Counted from the first letter of the stretch, positions 40,941 to 50,535 are shown. The stretch: DNA of 64,000 nt from an uncultured delta proteobacterium (GCA_963850305.1 CAWKKR010000008.1:1923960-1987959), one strand, 5' to 3'. The notes: generated from the sequence alone by a model not told the origin. Made by a program: numbers and translations.

Positions 40941-41453
40941 TCATTTAGCCGGCATGCCGTAGAGCGTCATGAAGCCGCCGCCTGCGCCGTTCTCGTGACC
41001 GCCGGCGCTGCCGGCTTCGGCCTTGCCGTCAGGCCCGGCATCGACCGGCGGGGGAGGGAACGGAGAGCCGTACATCGCCATGACCCCGCCGCCCACGCCG
41101 TTCTCGCCACCCGTGCCCGATGTCGTCCCGCCCATCGCTGGACTGCCGTACATCGCGATCATCTCGCCACCGGCTCCGCTCGTGGCTCCGCCATTCGACG
41201 TACCGCCGGCCGCCGCGTCGCTGACGGGTTGCGTTTTCGATCCCGTATCGTCACTCTTGCCGCTGCATCCGAGCGCGCCCACGCTCGCCGCCGCGAACGC
41301 GAAGAGCGCCGCGCGCCCGAGCCGCGTCGCGGGGAGCGCGCGTTCCGGAGACCGTGCGACCTGGCTCGAGACGGCCTCGCCGCAGAAAGGACACGCCGCC
41401 TCATTCCGTCGAATGTGCCGACTACACGCCTCACAGACCACCAGACTCGGCAT
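40941..41453 (-). CDS. putative radical-SAM substrate 2: paralog with three YGxP motifs
   Basis: CEAC.RHIR..EAACPFC, RLGRAAL, ALG-C; MYGSP, MYGSP, LYGMP. Confidence 0.78.
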   Translation of the reverse strand: MPSLVVCEACSRHIRRNEAACPFCGEAVSSQVARSPERALPATRLGRAALFAFAAASVGALGCSGKSDDTGSKTQPVSDAAAGGTSNGGATSGAGGEMIAMYGSPAMGGTTSGTGGENGVGGGVMAMYGSPFPPPPVDAGPDGKAEAGSAGGHENGAGGGFMTLYGMPAK

Positions 41454-41652
41454 CTCGCGTACCTCCGAAGCTCAGAGACTATCACACAATCCGCGGCTTC
41501 GATACCGGGTGACCGCGCGCCGCGCTCTCGATCGGGACCGGTCGCGCGCGGCTCCGGTTAGCGACGCGGGGATCGGTTCCGTGCGCGGGAGCGGGTTCGG
41601 GGCGGGATCCAGGCGAGCGGGAGCGGGGATCCGCCCAAGGATCTCGCGACGG

Positions 41653-42981
41653 TCACCCGCCGTGATCGCCCGGTGCCGTGGGGGCGTTGGCGGGAATGTC
41701 TTCCTCGACGATCTCGAATCTTCCGTTGTCGAAGGGTTGCCCCGGCGCCGCTTCGACCTGGACGAGGCGCTCTCTCCGGCCGCGCTTCTTCAGTTCGAGC
41801 ACGCGGTGGTGGCAGAAGGGGTTGTTCCCTGGACGCCCGAAGAGGACGTCGCCCGTCCAGGTGCAGCCGGCGCGGCATTCGTCGGCGTAGTAGCAGGTGC
41901 GGCAGAAGCCCCAGAGATCTTCCACCGTGCGGTCGCGCGTGTAGCGGAGCGGCTTGGCGCGCTCCCAGATGTCGCGGAGCGGGTGCTCGCGGACGTTGCC
42001 GCCCGCCCAGCCGTGCGTGGTGAGCGACGGGCAGCCTTTGATCGTGCCGTCCGCCTCGATGCCGAGCGTGCCGCGGCCCGCGCCGCACGACGCGGTGTGC
42101 CCGCGGGGCAGCCCGCCCCGCAGCAGCGATTCGTACGGGCCGAAGTAACCGATGTTGTTGCCGGGCCAGAGCCGCACACCGGCTTCGTCGGCGCGCATCT
42201 TGAGCCTGGCGATGAGCGGATACACGACGTCGAGATCGTACGGCTCGAGGAGCACCTCGGGCTCGTCCGCGCCGCGGCCCATCGCGACGGTGAACTGGAT
42301 CTGCCAGCTGTGACAGCCGGCGGCGATCAACGTCTCCAGAACGTCCGGAAGATCCGGCACGCTGAGGCGATTGATCTGCGTGTTCACGGACACGCCGATG
42401 CCGGCGCTCGACAGGTTGCGCAGTGCCTCGAGCGCGGACGCGTAAGAACCGCGGACGCCGCGAAGCCGGTCATGCGTCGCCTCGTTGCCGTCGATGGAGA
42501 CGCTCGCGCTCTGGAGCCCCGCGCGCTTGGCCGCGAGGGCGCGTTCGGGGGTGATACCGCGACCGCCGGTGGTCATCGTCGATTGCATGCCGTGCTTCCG
42601 GACCTCGGCGATGATCTCCGTCCAGTCGTCGCGCAGGTACGCTTCCCCGCCGATGACGGTGACTTCTTTGACGCCGAGCTCCGCCATCTGGCGCACGAGA
42701 TCGAGCGCCTCCGCCGTCGAGAGCTCGTCCGGGCGCGCTTGCCCGGCTCGCGATCCGCAGTGACGGCACGCGAGATCGCACTTCAGCGTGATCTCCCACA
42801 CCGCGTAGATGGGCCGCCACTGGCTGTCTTCGGGCCGCGCGTCGGCGAGGGGCAAGTGTTTCTGGAACGGCTTCGCGTGGGGCGCGATGGGCAACTCGCG
42901 GCGCGGACGCGGCGCGCGCATCAGCGCGTCGCGCTGCTCCTCCGAGATGACCGTCACTGCCGTCGCGTCACTCGACACCAT
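41653..42981 (-). CDS. radical SAM/SPASM peptide maturase, PlpX-like (splicease family)
   Basis: YAVWEITLKCDLACRHCGSRAG (CxxxCxxC), IGGEA, NTQINR, WQIQ.T..MG, PGNNIGY, CGAG...GIEADG.IKGCPSL, LWGFC..C....C..GC.W, NNPFCHHR, PFDNG.FE; recalled as closely resembling PlpX. Confidence 0.88.
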   Translation of the reverse strand: MVSSDATAVTVISEEQRDALMRAPRPRRELPIAPHAKPFQKHLPLADARPEDSQWRPIYAVWEITLKCDLACRHCGSRAGQARPDELSTAEALDLVRQMAELGVKEVTVIGGEAYLRDDWTEIIAEVRKHGMQSTMTTGGRGITPERALAAKRAGLQSASVSIDGNEATHDRLRGVRGSYASALEALRNLSSAGIGVSVNTQINRLSVPDLPDVLETLIAAGCHSWQIQFTVAMGRGADEPEVLLEPYDLDVVYPLIARLKMRADEAGVRLWPGNNIGYFGPYESLLRGGLPRGHTASCGAGRGTLGIEADGTIKGCPSLTTHGWAGGNVREHPLRDIWERAKPLRYTRDRTVEDLWGFCRTCYYADECRAGCTWTGDVLFGRPGNNPFCHHRVLELKKRGRRERLVQVEAAPGQPFDNGRFEIVEEDIPANAPTAPGDHGG

Positions 42982-43064
42982 CGCAGTGTACTCGGTTTCG
43001 AGACGGTGCGCGACGCTACCGCGCAGCGTCGCGCCGCGCCGCGTGATACGTTGCCGCGCATAAA

Positions 43065-43971
43065 ATGGCTGCCGCGCGCCGCTTCGCCGTATTCTCCGCG
43101 CTGGCGGTCGTGGCCTGCGGGCGCATCGGCTACGAGCTCGAGGCTTCCGAGCAGCCCGCTGGCTCCGGGGGGCATGGCGGCCAAGCCGCGCCGGACGCCG
43201 CGATCGCCGACTCCGCGATCGCGGATGCAGCCGCCGATGACGGCGCCGCTTCGAGCGACGCCGCGAACGTGCCCGTCGCGTGCAACGGCGACGTTCCCGG
43301 AGTCGCGGACGAATGCACCGAGCTTCCGAGGCTGCCGACCGCGCCGACCATCGACGGGCTGCCGGATTGCGCCTTGCCGGTGTATTCGCTCACACCCGTG
43401 GGATGGAGCGTGGACGGCGGCCCCCCCGATGCCATCGCCGCGTACGCCGTCGCGTGGCGCCCGAACGGGCTCTACTTCTACGTGCGCGTGACGGATCCGA
43501 CGCCGATCGTCGCGGATGCGTCCGAGCCGGCGGCGGACGGTGATGGCGTCGAGCTCTTCGTCGATTCCGACGGAAGCTATTCCGCGTCCCCGAACTACGA
43601 CAACCCGGGCACGCGCCGCTTCGTGGTCGCCGCACCGCCCGACGCCGTCACTCCGTCGGCGCGCGGAGAAGTGTGGAGCGGCGCGACGCAGGTGGAAGCA
43701 GTCCTGGACGTCCACGCAGTTTCGCGCGTTCCCGCAATCCTTCGGTTACGTCGTGGAAGCCTTCGTGACCCTGGCGGATCTCGGCCTCTCCGGCGCCACG
43801 CTCGCGGCCGGCAACGCCGTGGGGTGGGACCTGGCGATCAACGTTTCCTTTGCGTCTCCGAGCGAGACGGGCGCGAACGGCCATCGCCTCGGTCAGTATT
43901 TCCTGCACGGCTCGATCTCGCCGGACACGAACGTGACGGGTTTCTGTCACGCGACGCTCGACGCGCCGTGA
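43065..43971 (+). CDS. lipoprotein with CBM9/DOMON-like sugar-binding domain, +1 frameshift near 43695
   Basis: VVA-C-GRIGY; PTIDG, AWRPNGLYFYVRVTD, DGVELFVD; alternate frame continues GYVVEAFV...VGWDLAIN. Confidence 0.68.
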
Positions 43972-44011
43972 CCCGTTGCGTTTCGCGCGGGGCCGGCGGA
44001 AAGATCGCGCC

Positions 44012-45052
44012 ATGAAAGGTGGAGCGTTCCTCGCTCTGTTGCTCGCCGTCGCGTGTGGTCACGCGGACCCACCTCACACGCCCCTCGATGGCGAGGTGAA
44101 ACCCGCGTGGGGCGGCGCGCAACCGGGTGAGTCTTCACCGCCGTTCACGTTGCCTTCGGTGGAGGGCGGCGAGGTGAGTCTCGCGTCGCTTCGAGGCTCA
44201 TGGGTGCTCCTGCACTTCACGGAGACGTGGCGCCCCACGAGCGACACGGAGGCGGCCGCGCTCGGCGATATCGCGGACCGATTCCGGGCTCGCGGGCTAA
44301 AGGTCGTGGTCATCGACGTGAAGGAGCCGTTCGCGCTCTGGCGGGCGTACGCGAAGTCGCGCCTCTTGCCCTCGGTCGTCGCGCTGCACGACGAGCTCGG
44401 GAGCGTCGCCGCGGGCTATGCGCCGCCCGGGGTGATGACGTCGATGACCGACCGCTCCGAGGTCATGCTTTCCGGTTCGGCGATCGTCGATCCGGATGGA
44501 AAGCTTAGCGTGCTGGTGGTTCCGGATCCGGCGTCGTTCGATCCGACGCTCCGCGATCTCGCGCTCGCCCTCGACGAGATGTTACCCGGAAGGCGACAGG
44601 TCAGCGCGTCCGAAGGTCCCGCGTCGCCGTTGCCCTCCAGCAGCGACGCGGACGCGGTTCACGTGACTCAAATGGCGACCGTGCCCGTCGCGCGGGGCGG
44701 GCACGGGGTGCTCGAGATCGCGCTCGATATCGCGAACGGCTATCACGTCATGTCCGATCACCCGCCTCGTTCGAGCTACGTCGCCACGCGCGTATCCGTG
44801 GAACCGGTGTCGCCGAAGGGCCTCAGGTTCGGCGCGCCCGCCTATCCGGCGCCCCTCGCGATCTCTCTCGGCGGGGAACCCATCACGATCTTCGACGGAC
44901 ACGTCTCCGTGCTCGTGCCGTTCGAGGTCTCGCAAGAGGCCGCCGTGGGGTCGCATCCGCTCGTGCTGTCCGTGCGATATCAGGCCTGCTCCGGGGACCA
45001 TTGCCTCGCGCCGAGGACGGACGTCGTTCACGCGAGCGTCGAAGTACGCTGA
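44012..45052 (+). CDS. lipoprotein: AhpC/TlpA-like thioredoxin fold (no CxxC) fused to DsbD N-terminal-like domain
   Basis: AVA-C; PPFTLPSVEG.EVSLASLRG.WVLLHF..TWRPTS..E; IANGYHV, YQACSGDHCLAP. Confidence 0.75.
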   Translation: MKGGAFLALLLAVACGHADPPHTPLDGEVKPAWGGAQPGESSPPFTLPSVEGGEVSLASLRGSWVLLHFTETWRPTSDTEAAALGDIADRFRARGLKVVVIDVKEPFALWRAYAKSRLLPSVVALHDELGSVAAGYAPPGVMTSMTDRSEVMLSGSAIVDPDGKLSVLVVPDPASFDPTLRDLALALDEMLPGRRQVSASEGPASPLPSSSDADAVHVTQMATVPVARGGHGVLEIALDIANGYHVMSDHPPRSSYVATRVSVEPVSPKGLRFGAPAYPAPLAISLGGEPITIFDGHVSVLVPFEVSQEAAVGSHPLVLSVRYQACSGDHCLAPRTDVVHASVEVR

Positions 45053-45081
45053 AGGCGCCCCAGTCGAGGTAGTCTGACCCA

Positions 45082-45912
45082 ATGGATCGAGTCGAGTTGC
45101 TTCGGCGCATTCCGCTGTTCGAAGAGCTCACGGGCGAGGACGCCGACATCCTCGCCGGTGGGTTTCACGAGCAGGAGTTTGCAGCGGGCCAGGTGATTTT
45201 CAATCAGGGCGACGCGGGTTCGGAGATGTACATCGTGGCCTCGGGTCACGTGAACATCTTCCTGCCCGGCGAGGAGTCGCGGAGGGTTTCCTTGAAGGAC
45301 CTCACCGTCGGTGAGTATTTCGGGGAGCTGTCGCCGTTCGACATGAAGCCACGTTCCGCGAGCGCGCTCGCGACGACCGACGTCGTCTTGTTCGGCCTCA
45401 CCGCAGCGACGATCTCGGGTTATCTCGCGCGCCGTCCGCACGCCGCGCTCGTCATTCTCGGGACGCTCGCCGAGCGCCTCCGCGAGACGAACGCGCTTCT
45501 GTCCCAGCGCGCCGCCAAGAACGTCGTCGAGGAGTTCGACAAGAACCTGAAATGGAGTGACAGGCTCGCGGATCGGGTCGCCGAGCTGAACGGGAGCTGG
45601 GCGTTCATCGTCGGGCTCATGCTTCTGACCGTGGGGTGGACGATCGCGAACGTGCTTTGGTCCGAGAAGTCGTTCGATCCGTACCCGTTCGTCTTTTACA
45701 ATCTCGTGCTCGCGATCCTCGTCGCGCTCCAGGGGCCGCTGATCGTCATGAGCCAGAACCGTCAGACGCTCAAGGACCGCGCGCAGTCGGAGACCGATTT
45801 CCAGGTGAACCTGAAGAACGAGGTCAACATCGAGACCATCATCCGGGAGCTTCACGAGTTTCGCGACGAAGTGAACACGCGATTCGAGCGGCGCGACGCG
45901 CGCCGAGAGTAG
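45082..45912 (+). CDS. cyclic nucleotide-binding domain + DUF1003 membrane protein
   Basis: IPLFEEL, IFNQGD, GEYFGE, PRSASA; GSWAFI, FDPYPF, QGPLIVMSQNRQ. Confidence 0.88.
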   Translation: MDRVELLRRIPLFEELTGEDADILAGGFHEQEFAAGQVIFNQGDAGSEMYIVASGHVNIFLPGEESRRVSLKDLTVGEYFGELSPFDMKPRSASALATTDVVLFGLTAATISGYLARRPHAALVILGTLAERLRETNALLSQRAAKNVVEEFDKNLKWSDRLADRVAELNGSWAFIVGLMLLTVGWTIANVLWSEKSFDPYPFVFYNLVLAILVALQGPLIVMSQNRQTLKDRAQSETDFQVNLKNEVNIETIIRELHEFRDEVNTRFERRDARRE

Positions 45913-45927
45913 CCGCCTGCGTCGATC

Positions 45928-46851
45928 ATGTCCGGGTTCACTGACGGCACGTTTGCGGTCGGATCCGGGCCCCCGCGCCCGCTCGACCGCGCGCTACGCG
46001 AGCTTCACCCCGGGTCGAGCTGGAACGACGTCCGGCGTCTGATCCGCACCGGCAAGGTGCGCGTCGACGGCAGCGTCGTGACGGATCCGACCGCGGTCGT
46101 CGCCGAGGCCGCGCAGCTCTCGGTCCGCATGACGGCCCCGCGACCCTCGTCGGGCGCGGTACCGGAGGATGCGATCGTGTTCTCGGACTCGCACGTCGTC
46201 GTCGTGCGAAAGCCGTCAGGCATCGCGACCGTCCCTTACGAAGACGAGCGCGACACGCTCGATCGCGTCGTGCAAGGGCTGCTCCGGAAGAGGACACCAC
46301 GCGGGACGAGCGTCGCGCCGCTCGGAGTCGTTCAGCGCCTGGACAAGGAGACGTCGGGGCTCGTCGTGTTCGCACGGACCACCACGGCGAAGCGGGGTCT
46401 CCAGCAGCAGTTTCGCGCACACTCGGTGCACCGGCGGTATCTGGCCATCGCGCACGGGGTCGTCGCATCGCGGACGTTCCGGTCACTCCTCGTCCAGGAT
46501 CGCGGCGACGGTCTGCGCGGCTCGACGACGAATGTCGAGCTGGGACGCGAAGCGGTGACCCACGTGCACCCACGCGAGTCGCTCGAGGGCGCGACGCTCG
46601 TCGAGTGTCGCCTCGAGACGGGCCGGACGCACCAGATCCGGATTCATCTTTCGGAAGCCGGGCATCCTCTGGTCGGCGAACGCGTCTACGTCCGGCGCTA
46701 TGCCGGGCCGCTGATCGGCGCGCCGCGTCTGATGCTGCACGCCGCGGAGCTCGGCTTCGTGCACCCGGTCACGCACCGGGACCTGGCGTTCACCGAGCCA
46801 CTGCCGCCCGACATGGCCGCGACGCTCGCTTCCCTGCGGCGCGAGCGCTGA
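45928..46851 (+). CDS. RluA/RluD-family pseudouridine synthase with S4 domain
   Basis: [42 protein letters not shown]. Confidence 0.92.
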   Translation: MSGFTDGTFAVGSGPPRPLDRALRELHPGSSWNDVRRLIRTGKVRVDGSVVTDPTAVVAEAAQLSVRMTAPRPSSGAVPEDAIVFSDSHVVVVRKPSGIATVPYEDERDTLDRVVQGLLRKRTPRGTSVAPLGVVQRLDKETSGLVVFARTTTAKRGLQQQFRAHSVHRRYLAIAHGVVASRTFRSLLVQDRGDGLRGSTTNVELGREAVTHVHPRESLEGATLVECRLETGRTHQIRIHLSEAGHPLVGERVYVRRYAGPLIGAPRLMLHAAELGFVHPVTHRDLAFTEPLPPDMAATLASLRRER

Positions 46852-46886
46852 GCGCGCGCGGGGGCCTTCCTTGCTATGGTGCGCCG

Positions 46887-47162
46887 ATGCTCAAGCACAA
46901 CACGTACTTCGACGGCAAGGTTCAGAGCATTGGTTTCGAGCGGCTTGGCCGCAGCATGACGGCGGGTGTGATCGCGCCGGGAGAGTTTCACTTCGGTACC
47001 GACGCGCCCGAGCGCATGACGGTGGTCAGCGGCGAGCTCGAGGCCAGGATCGGAGACGCGTGGCACGCGTACCCTGCCGGCACGACGTTCGAGGTTCCGG
47101 GCAAGGGCGGCTTCGACGTCCGGGCCACGGCGCCCGCGGCGTACCTGTGCGAGTTTCTCTGA
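46887..47162 (+). CDS. ppnP: pyrimidine/purine nucleoside phosphorylase
   Basis: MLKHNTYFDGKVQS, GEFHFGTDAPERM, F.VP...F, YLCEF. Confidence 0.9.
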   Translation: MLKHNTYFDGKVQSIGFERLGRSMTAGVIAPGEFHFGTDAPERMTVVSGELEARIGDAWHAYPAGTTFEVPGKGGFDVRATAPAAYLCEFL

Positions 47163-47228
47163 TACCTGTCTTTTCGCAATCGCTCCCGGTAACGCGCTAC
47201 GCTGCCGCGCGTCCCTCGCGAGGAAACC

Positions 47229-47756
47229 ATGACCGAATCGACGAATCGCCACGTTCTCAGCATCCTGGTGGAAGACCGCTTCGGCGAGCTCGCTCGCATC
47301 GTGGGGCTCTTTGCCGGGCGCGGATTCAACATCGACTCGCTGGCGGTCAACCGCACGCTCGAGCCGGAGATGTCGCGCGTCGTGCTCGTGACTCGCGGTG
47401 ACGATACGGTGATCGAGCAGATCATCAAGCAGGTGAACAAGCTTCTACGGGTGCGGAAGGTCAATCATCTGGTGGGGTCGCAGCACTTCGAACGCGAGCA
47501 CTGCGTCGTGAACGTGCGTGCCACCGGGTCGAAGGGCGAAGAGGAGCTCGAGCGGGTTCTTCGTCTCACCGGCGGCCAGGTGCTCGCGCACTACACGAAC
47601 GGCTTCACCGTCGAGCTCACCTCCACACCCGATCAGATCGACAGCTTCCTCGAGCGACTTCGCCCGCTCGGGATCAAGGACATGGTCCGTTCCGCACCGA
47701 TTGCTCTCGCGAAGCCCGCCGCCGAGGGTGAGGTCGCGTCGGAGAGCGCGGCGTGA
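47229..47756 (+). CDS. ilvH: acetolactate synthase small (regulatory) subunit
   Basis: HVLSILVE..GELARIVGLF..RGFNIDSLAV, EQIIKQVNKL. Confidence 0.9.
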   Translation: MTESTNRHVLSILVEDRFGELARIVGLFAGRGFNIDSLAVNRTLEPEMSRVVLVTRGDDTVIEQIIKQVNKLLRVRKVNHLVGSQHFEREHCVVNVRATGSKGEEELERVLRLTGGQVLAHYTNGFTVELTSTPDQIDSFLERLRPLGIKDMVRSAPIALAKPAAEGEVASESAA

Positions 47757-48013
47757 GCTGAGGCCGACGCGCGCTTCGGTCCACGCGCGCGCGCCTCTCT
47801 CTACCTCCCGGCCGAAGATTTGTCGGGTCTTCCCGAGGAAGACCCTGAACGCATTAGTACCGCCGACCTCCTGAAAAACGGGCGGCGCCGGCCCCCGCTT
47901 CTTTCCGCGCTACGAACGCGGCCACGCCGGTGGTATCCAAAGCAACTCTGCTCTCGCCGAGACGACGAGGCGGTAAACTCGCTCGCTTCGCGAGGCGAGA
48001 AGAAGGAAGAGAT

Positions 48014-49033
48014 ATGAAGGCGTTTTACGATGCGGATGCGAACGTCGGCCTGATCCGGAACAAGAAGGTCGCGATCATCGGCTATGGCAGTCAAGGGCAC
48101 GCTCACGCTCTGAACCTCAAGGACAGCGGCGTGCAGGTAACCGTGGGCCTCCGCAAGGATTCGAAGTCCCGGGCGCGCGCCGAGGCGGAGGGTCTGCGCG
48201 TGACGGATCCAATCGAGGCCGTGGCGTGGGGCGACGTGATCATGACTCTCGTCCCGGACGAACTCGCTCCGGAGATCTACGAAAACGAGATCGCGCCGGG
48301 GCTGAGGCCGGGAAATTACTTCGCCGTCGCGCATGGGTTCGGGCTGCACTTCAAGAAGATCGTGCCGCCCAGGGACGTGGGAGTGTTCCTCGTCGCGCCG
48401 AAAGCGCCTGGTCACACCGTCCGCCGTGAATACGCGAACGGCCGCGGAGTACCCATGCTCATCGCGGTGCATCAGGATCCGACCGGCGACGCGAAGCAAG
48501 TCGCGCTCGCGTACGCATCCGCCATCGGCGGCGGTCGCGCGGGCGTGCTCGAGACGTCGTTTCGTGAAGAGACGGAGACGGACCTCTTCGGCGAACAGAC
48601 CGTGCTGTGCGGTGGGCTCACCGCGCTCATCCAGGCGGGCTTCGAGACGCTCGTCGAGGCGGGGTACGCGCCGGAAATGGCGTACTTCGAGTGCTGTCAC
48701 GAGCTGAAGCTGATCATCGACCTCATCTACGAGGGCGGCATCGGCAACATGCGCTACTCGGTGAGCAACACGGCCGAGTACGGCGATCTGACCCGGGGGC
48801 CTCGCGTCGTCACGGCCGACACCAAGAAGGTCATGAAGACGATCCTCTCCGAGATCACGAGCGGCAAGTTCGCCGACGAGTGGATGGCCGAGCACAAGGC
48901 TGGCAAGCCCAACTTCAAGGCGCTCGAAAAGAAGGGCACCGAACACCCCATCGAGGACGTAGGCAGGAAGCTCCGCGGGATGATGCCCTGGATGAAGGAG
49001 CATCGCGCAGTGAAGGAACGAGCCGACACGTAG
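48014..49033 (+). CDS. ilvC: ketol-acid reductoisomerase
   Basis: [39 protein letters not shown]. Confidence 0.98.
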   Translation: MKAFYDADANVGLIRNKKVAIIGYGSQGHAHALNLKDSGVQVTVGLRKDSKSRARAEAEGLRVTDPIEAVAWGDVIMTLVPDELAPEIYENEIAPGLRPGNYFAVAHGFGLHFKKIVPPRDVGVFLVAPKAPGHTVRREYANGRGVPMLIAVHQDPTGDAKQVALAYASAIGGGRAGVLETSFREETETDLFGEQTVLCGGLTALIQAGFETLVEAGYAPEMAYFECCHELKLIIDLIYEGGIGNMRYSVSNTAEYGDLTRGPRVVTADTKKVMKTILSEITSGKFADEWMAEHKAGKPNFKALEKKGTEHPIEDVGRKLRGMMPWMKEHRAVKERADT

Positions 49034-49045
49034 GCGGAGAGCGCC

Positions 49046-50053
49046 ATGTCCGACCCACACGACTCAGCCATGGAAGAATGGCCGAGCTTTGCTCGGATCC
49101 CGATGGACGAGGTGCTACCCGCGCCGCGACCGAAGGGGCAGAAGCTCGCGCGGTACGTGTGGTGGGACGGTGCGCTCAAGGAAGCGAGTTCGCTTGGCGT
49201 GCATTACTACGCCAATGCGCTTCACTACGGCACGGCCGTTTTCGAGGGGATTCGCGTCTATCCTACCGAGAACGGCCCGTGCATCTTCCGGCTCCGCGAT
49301 CACGTCGATCGGCTCATCGGCTCCGCACACCTTTACGGTATGACTCTGCCGTTCTCCGCGGACGATCTCGTCAACGGCGCCATCGAGGTGACGCGGCACA
49401 ACGGCATCGACAACGCTTATCTGCGGCCGCTCGCCTATTTTGGCTACGGCCCCATCGACATGCGCCCGAAGACGCAGTGTCCCGTACAAGTCTTCATCGC
49501 GGCGAGGGAGCTCGGGTCGTTCCTCGGGGAGAATGCGCTCCGGAACGGCATCCGCGTCACCGTGTCGTCGTGGCGCAAATTCCACCACACGATGTTGCCG
49601 ACGATGGCCAAGGCGAGCGGCCACTACGCGAACAGCGTCCTCGCGGCGCACGAAGCGCATGACCGCGGCTTCGACGACGGGATCCTTCTGAACCACGATG
49701 GCACGGTGGCGAGTGCGAGCGGGGAAAACATCTTCTTCGTCCGCCAGAAGAAGCTCTTCACCAACGACGAGATGTCGTCCATCGTGCCGGGTATCACGCG
49801 TGACTGCATCCTCAAGCTGGCGCAGACGCTCGACATACCCGTCGAGATCCGCGCGTTCACGCGCGAGGAGTTGCTCCGCGCCGACGAGGTGTTTTTGACC
49901 GGTACGGCCGCGGAAGTGACGCCCGTCCGCGAGATCGACGGCGTGAAGTATCGGACCGGTCAAGGCACGTATGGCGCGCTCTTCCGGAATGCATATCTTC
50001 GCGCCGCCACCGGCAAGGACCAGCGCTTCGTGAACTGGATCACCGTCGTCTGA
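49046..50053 (+). CDS. ilvE: branched-chain amino acid aminotransferase
   Basis: ALHYG..FEG, AKASGHY, GENIF, PGITR, ADEVFLTGTAAEVTPV. Confidence 0.93.
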   Translation: MSDPHDSAMEEWPSFARIPMDEVLPAPRPKGQKLARYVWWDGALKEASSLGVHYYANALHYGTAVFEGIRVYPTENGPCIFRLRDHVDRLIGSAHLYGMTLPFSADDLVNGAIEVTRHNGIDNAYLRPLAYFGYGPIDMRPKTQCPVQVFIAARELGSFLGENALRNGIRVTVSSWRKFHHTMLPTMAKASGHYANSVLAAHEAHDRGFDDGILLNHDGTVASASGENIFFVRQKKLFTNDEMSSIVPGITRDCILKLAQTLDIPVEIRAFTREELLRADEVFLTGTAAEVTPVREIDGVKYRTGQGTYGALFRNAYLRAATGKDQRFVNWITVV

Positions 50054-50067
50054 AGGGGGCTTCCTCG

Positions 50068-50400
50068 ATGCTAGAGTCGCTTTCGACCTCCGAACGTCTG
50101 TTGCTCCTCGAGTTCCTTTGCGCGTATGCGTGGACGGATCTCGAAGTTTCGGACAAGGAACGCGCCTTCGTTCGCCGGATCCTGAGCCTCGCGCATCTCG
50201 ACGCGGACGCCGAGCGGCAGGTGGAGGAGTGGCTCTCGGTCGCGCCCGCGCCCGCTTCGGTGGACCCAAAGAGGGTGCCGAGGGAGCACCGGCACCTGTT
50301 CCTGGACTCCATTCGAGCGCTCGTCTACGCGGACGGCAAAGTCGATCCCGACGAGCGGGCGAGCCTCGATCGTTTGCGTGCCACGCTCATGGACGACTGA
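50068..50400 (+). CDS. TerB-like protein
   Basis: AWTDLEVSDKE ... YADGKVDPDE duplicated acidic motifs. Confidence 0.75.
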   Translation: MLESLSTSERLLLLEFLCAYAWTDLEVSDKERAFVRRILSLAHLDADAERQVEEWLSVAPAPASVDPKRVPREHRHLFLDSIRALVYADGKVDPDERASLDRLRATLMDD

Positions 50401-50535
50401 ACGAGCAGCGAGGAACCGGGCTCCTCGGGAGGCCTCGGGAGGCCTCGGAAGGCCGTGACAGAGAAAGTCTGAGCGCCCGCCAGCACCCCGCCGAGACTGG
50501 AGACTGTACGGCCGCTCAGTGATAAGGTCGCGGAC

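Noticed and set aside
41023..43491. 822-aa + strand ORF (likewise 17522-19834, 13387-15138, 22978-24927, 29530-31689, 35810-37483)
   Set aside because: Shadow ORFs opposite or overlapping well-supported genes; Arg/Ala/Pro-rich with no motifs, as expected at high GC.
50424..50454. Short tandem CTCGG(G/A)AGGC x3
   Set aside because: Too short and GC-rich to assign any function.
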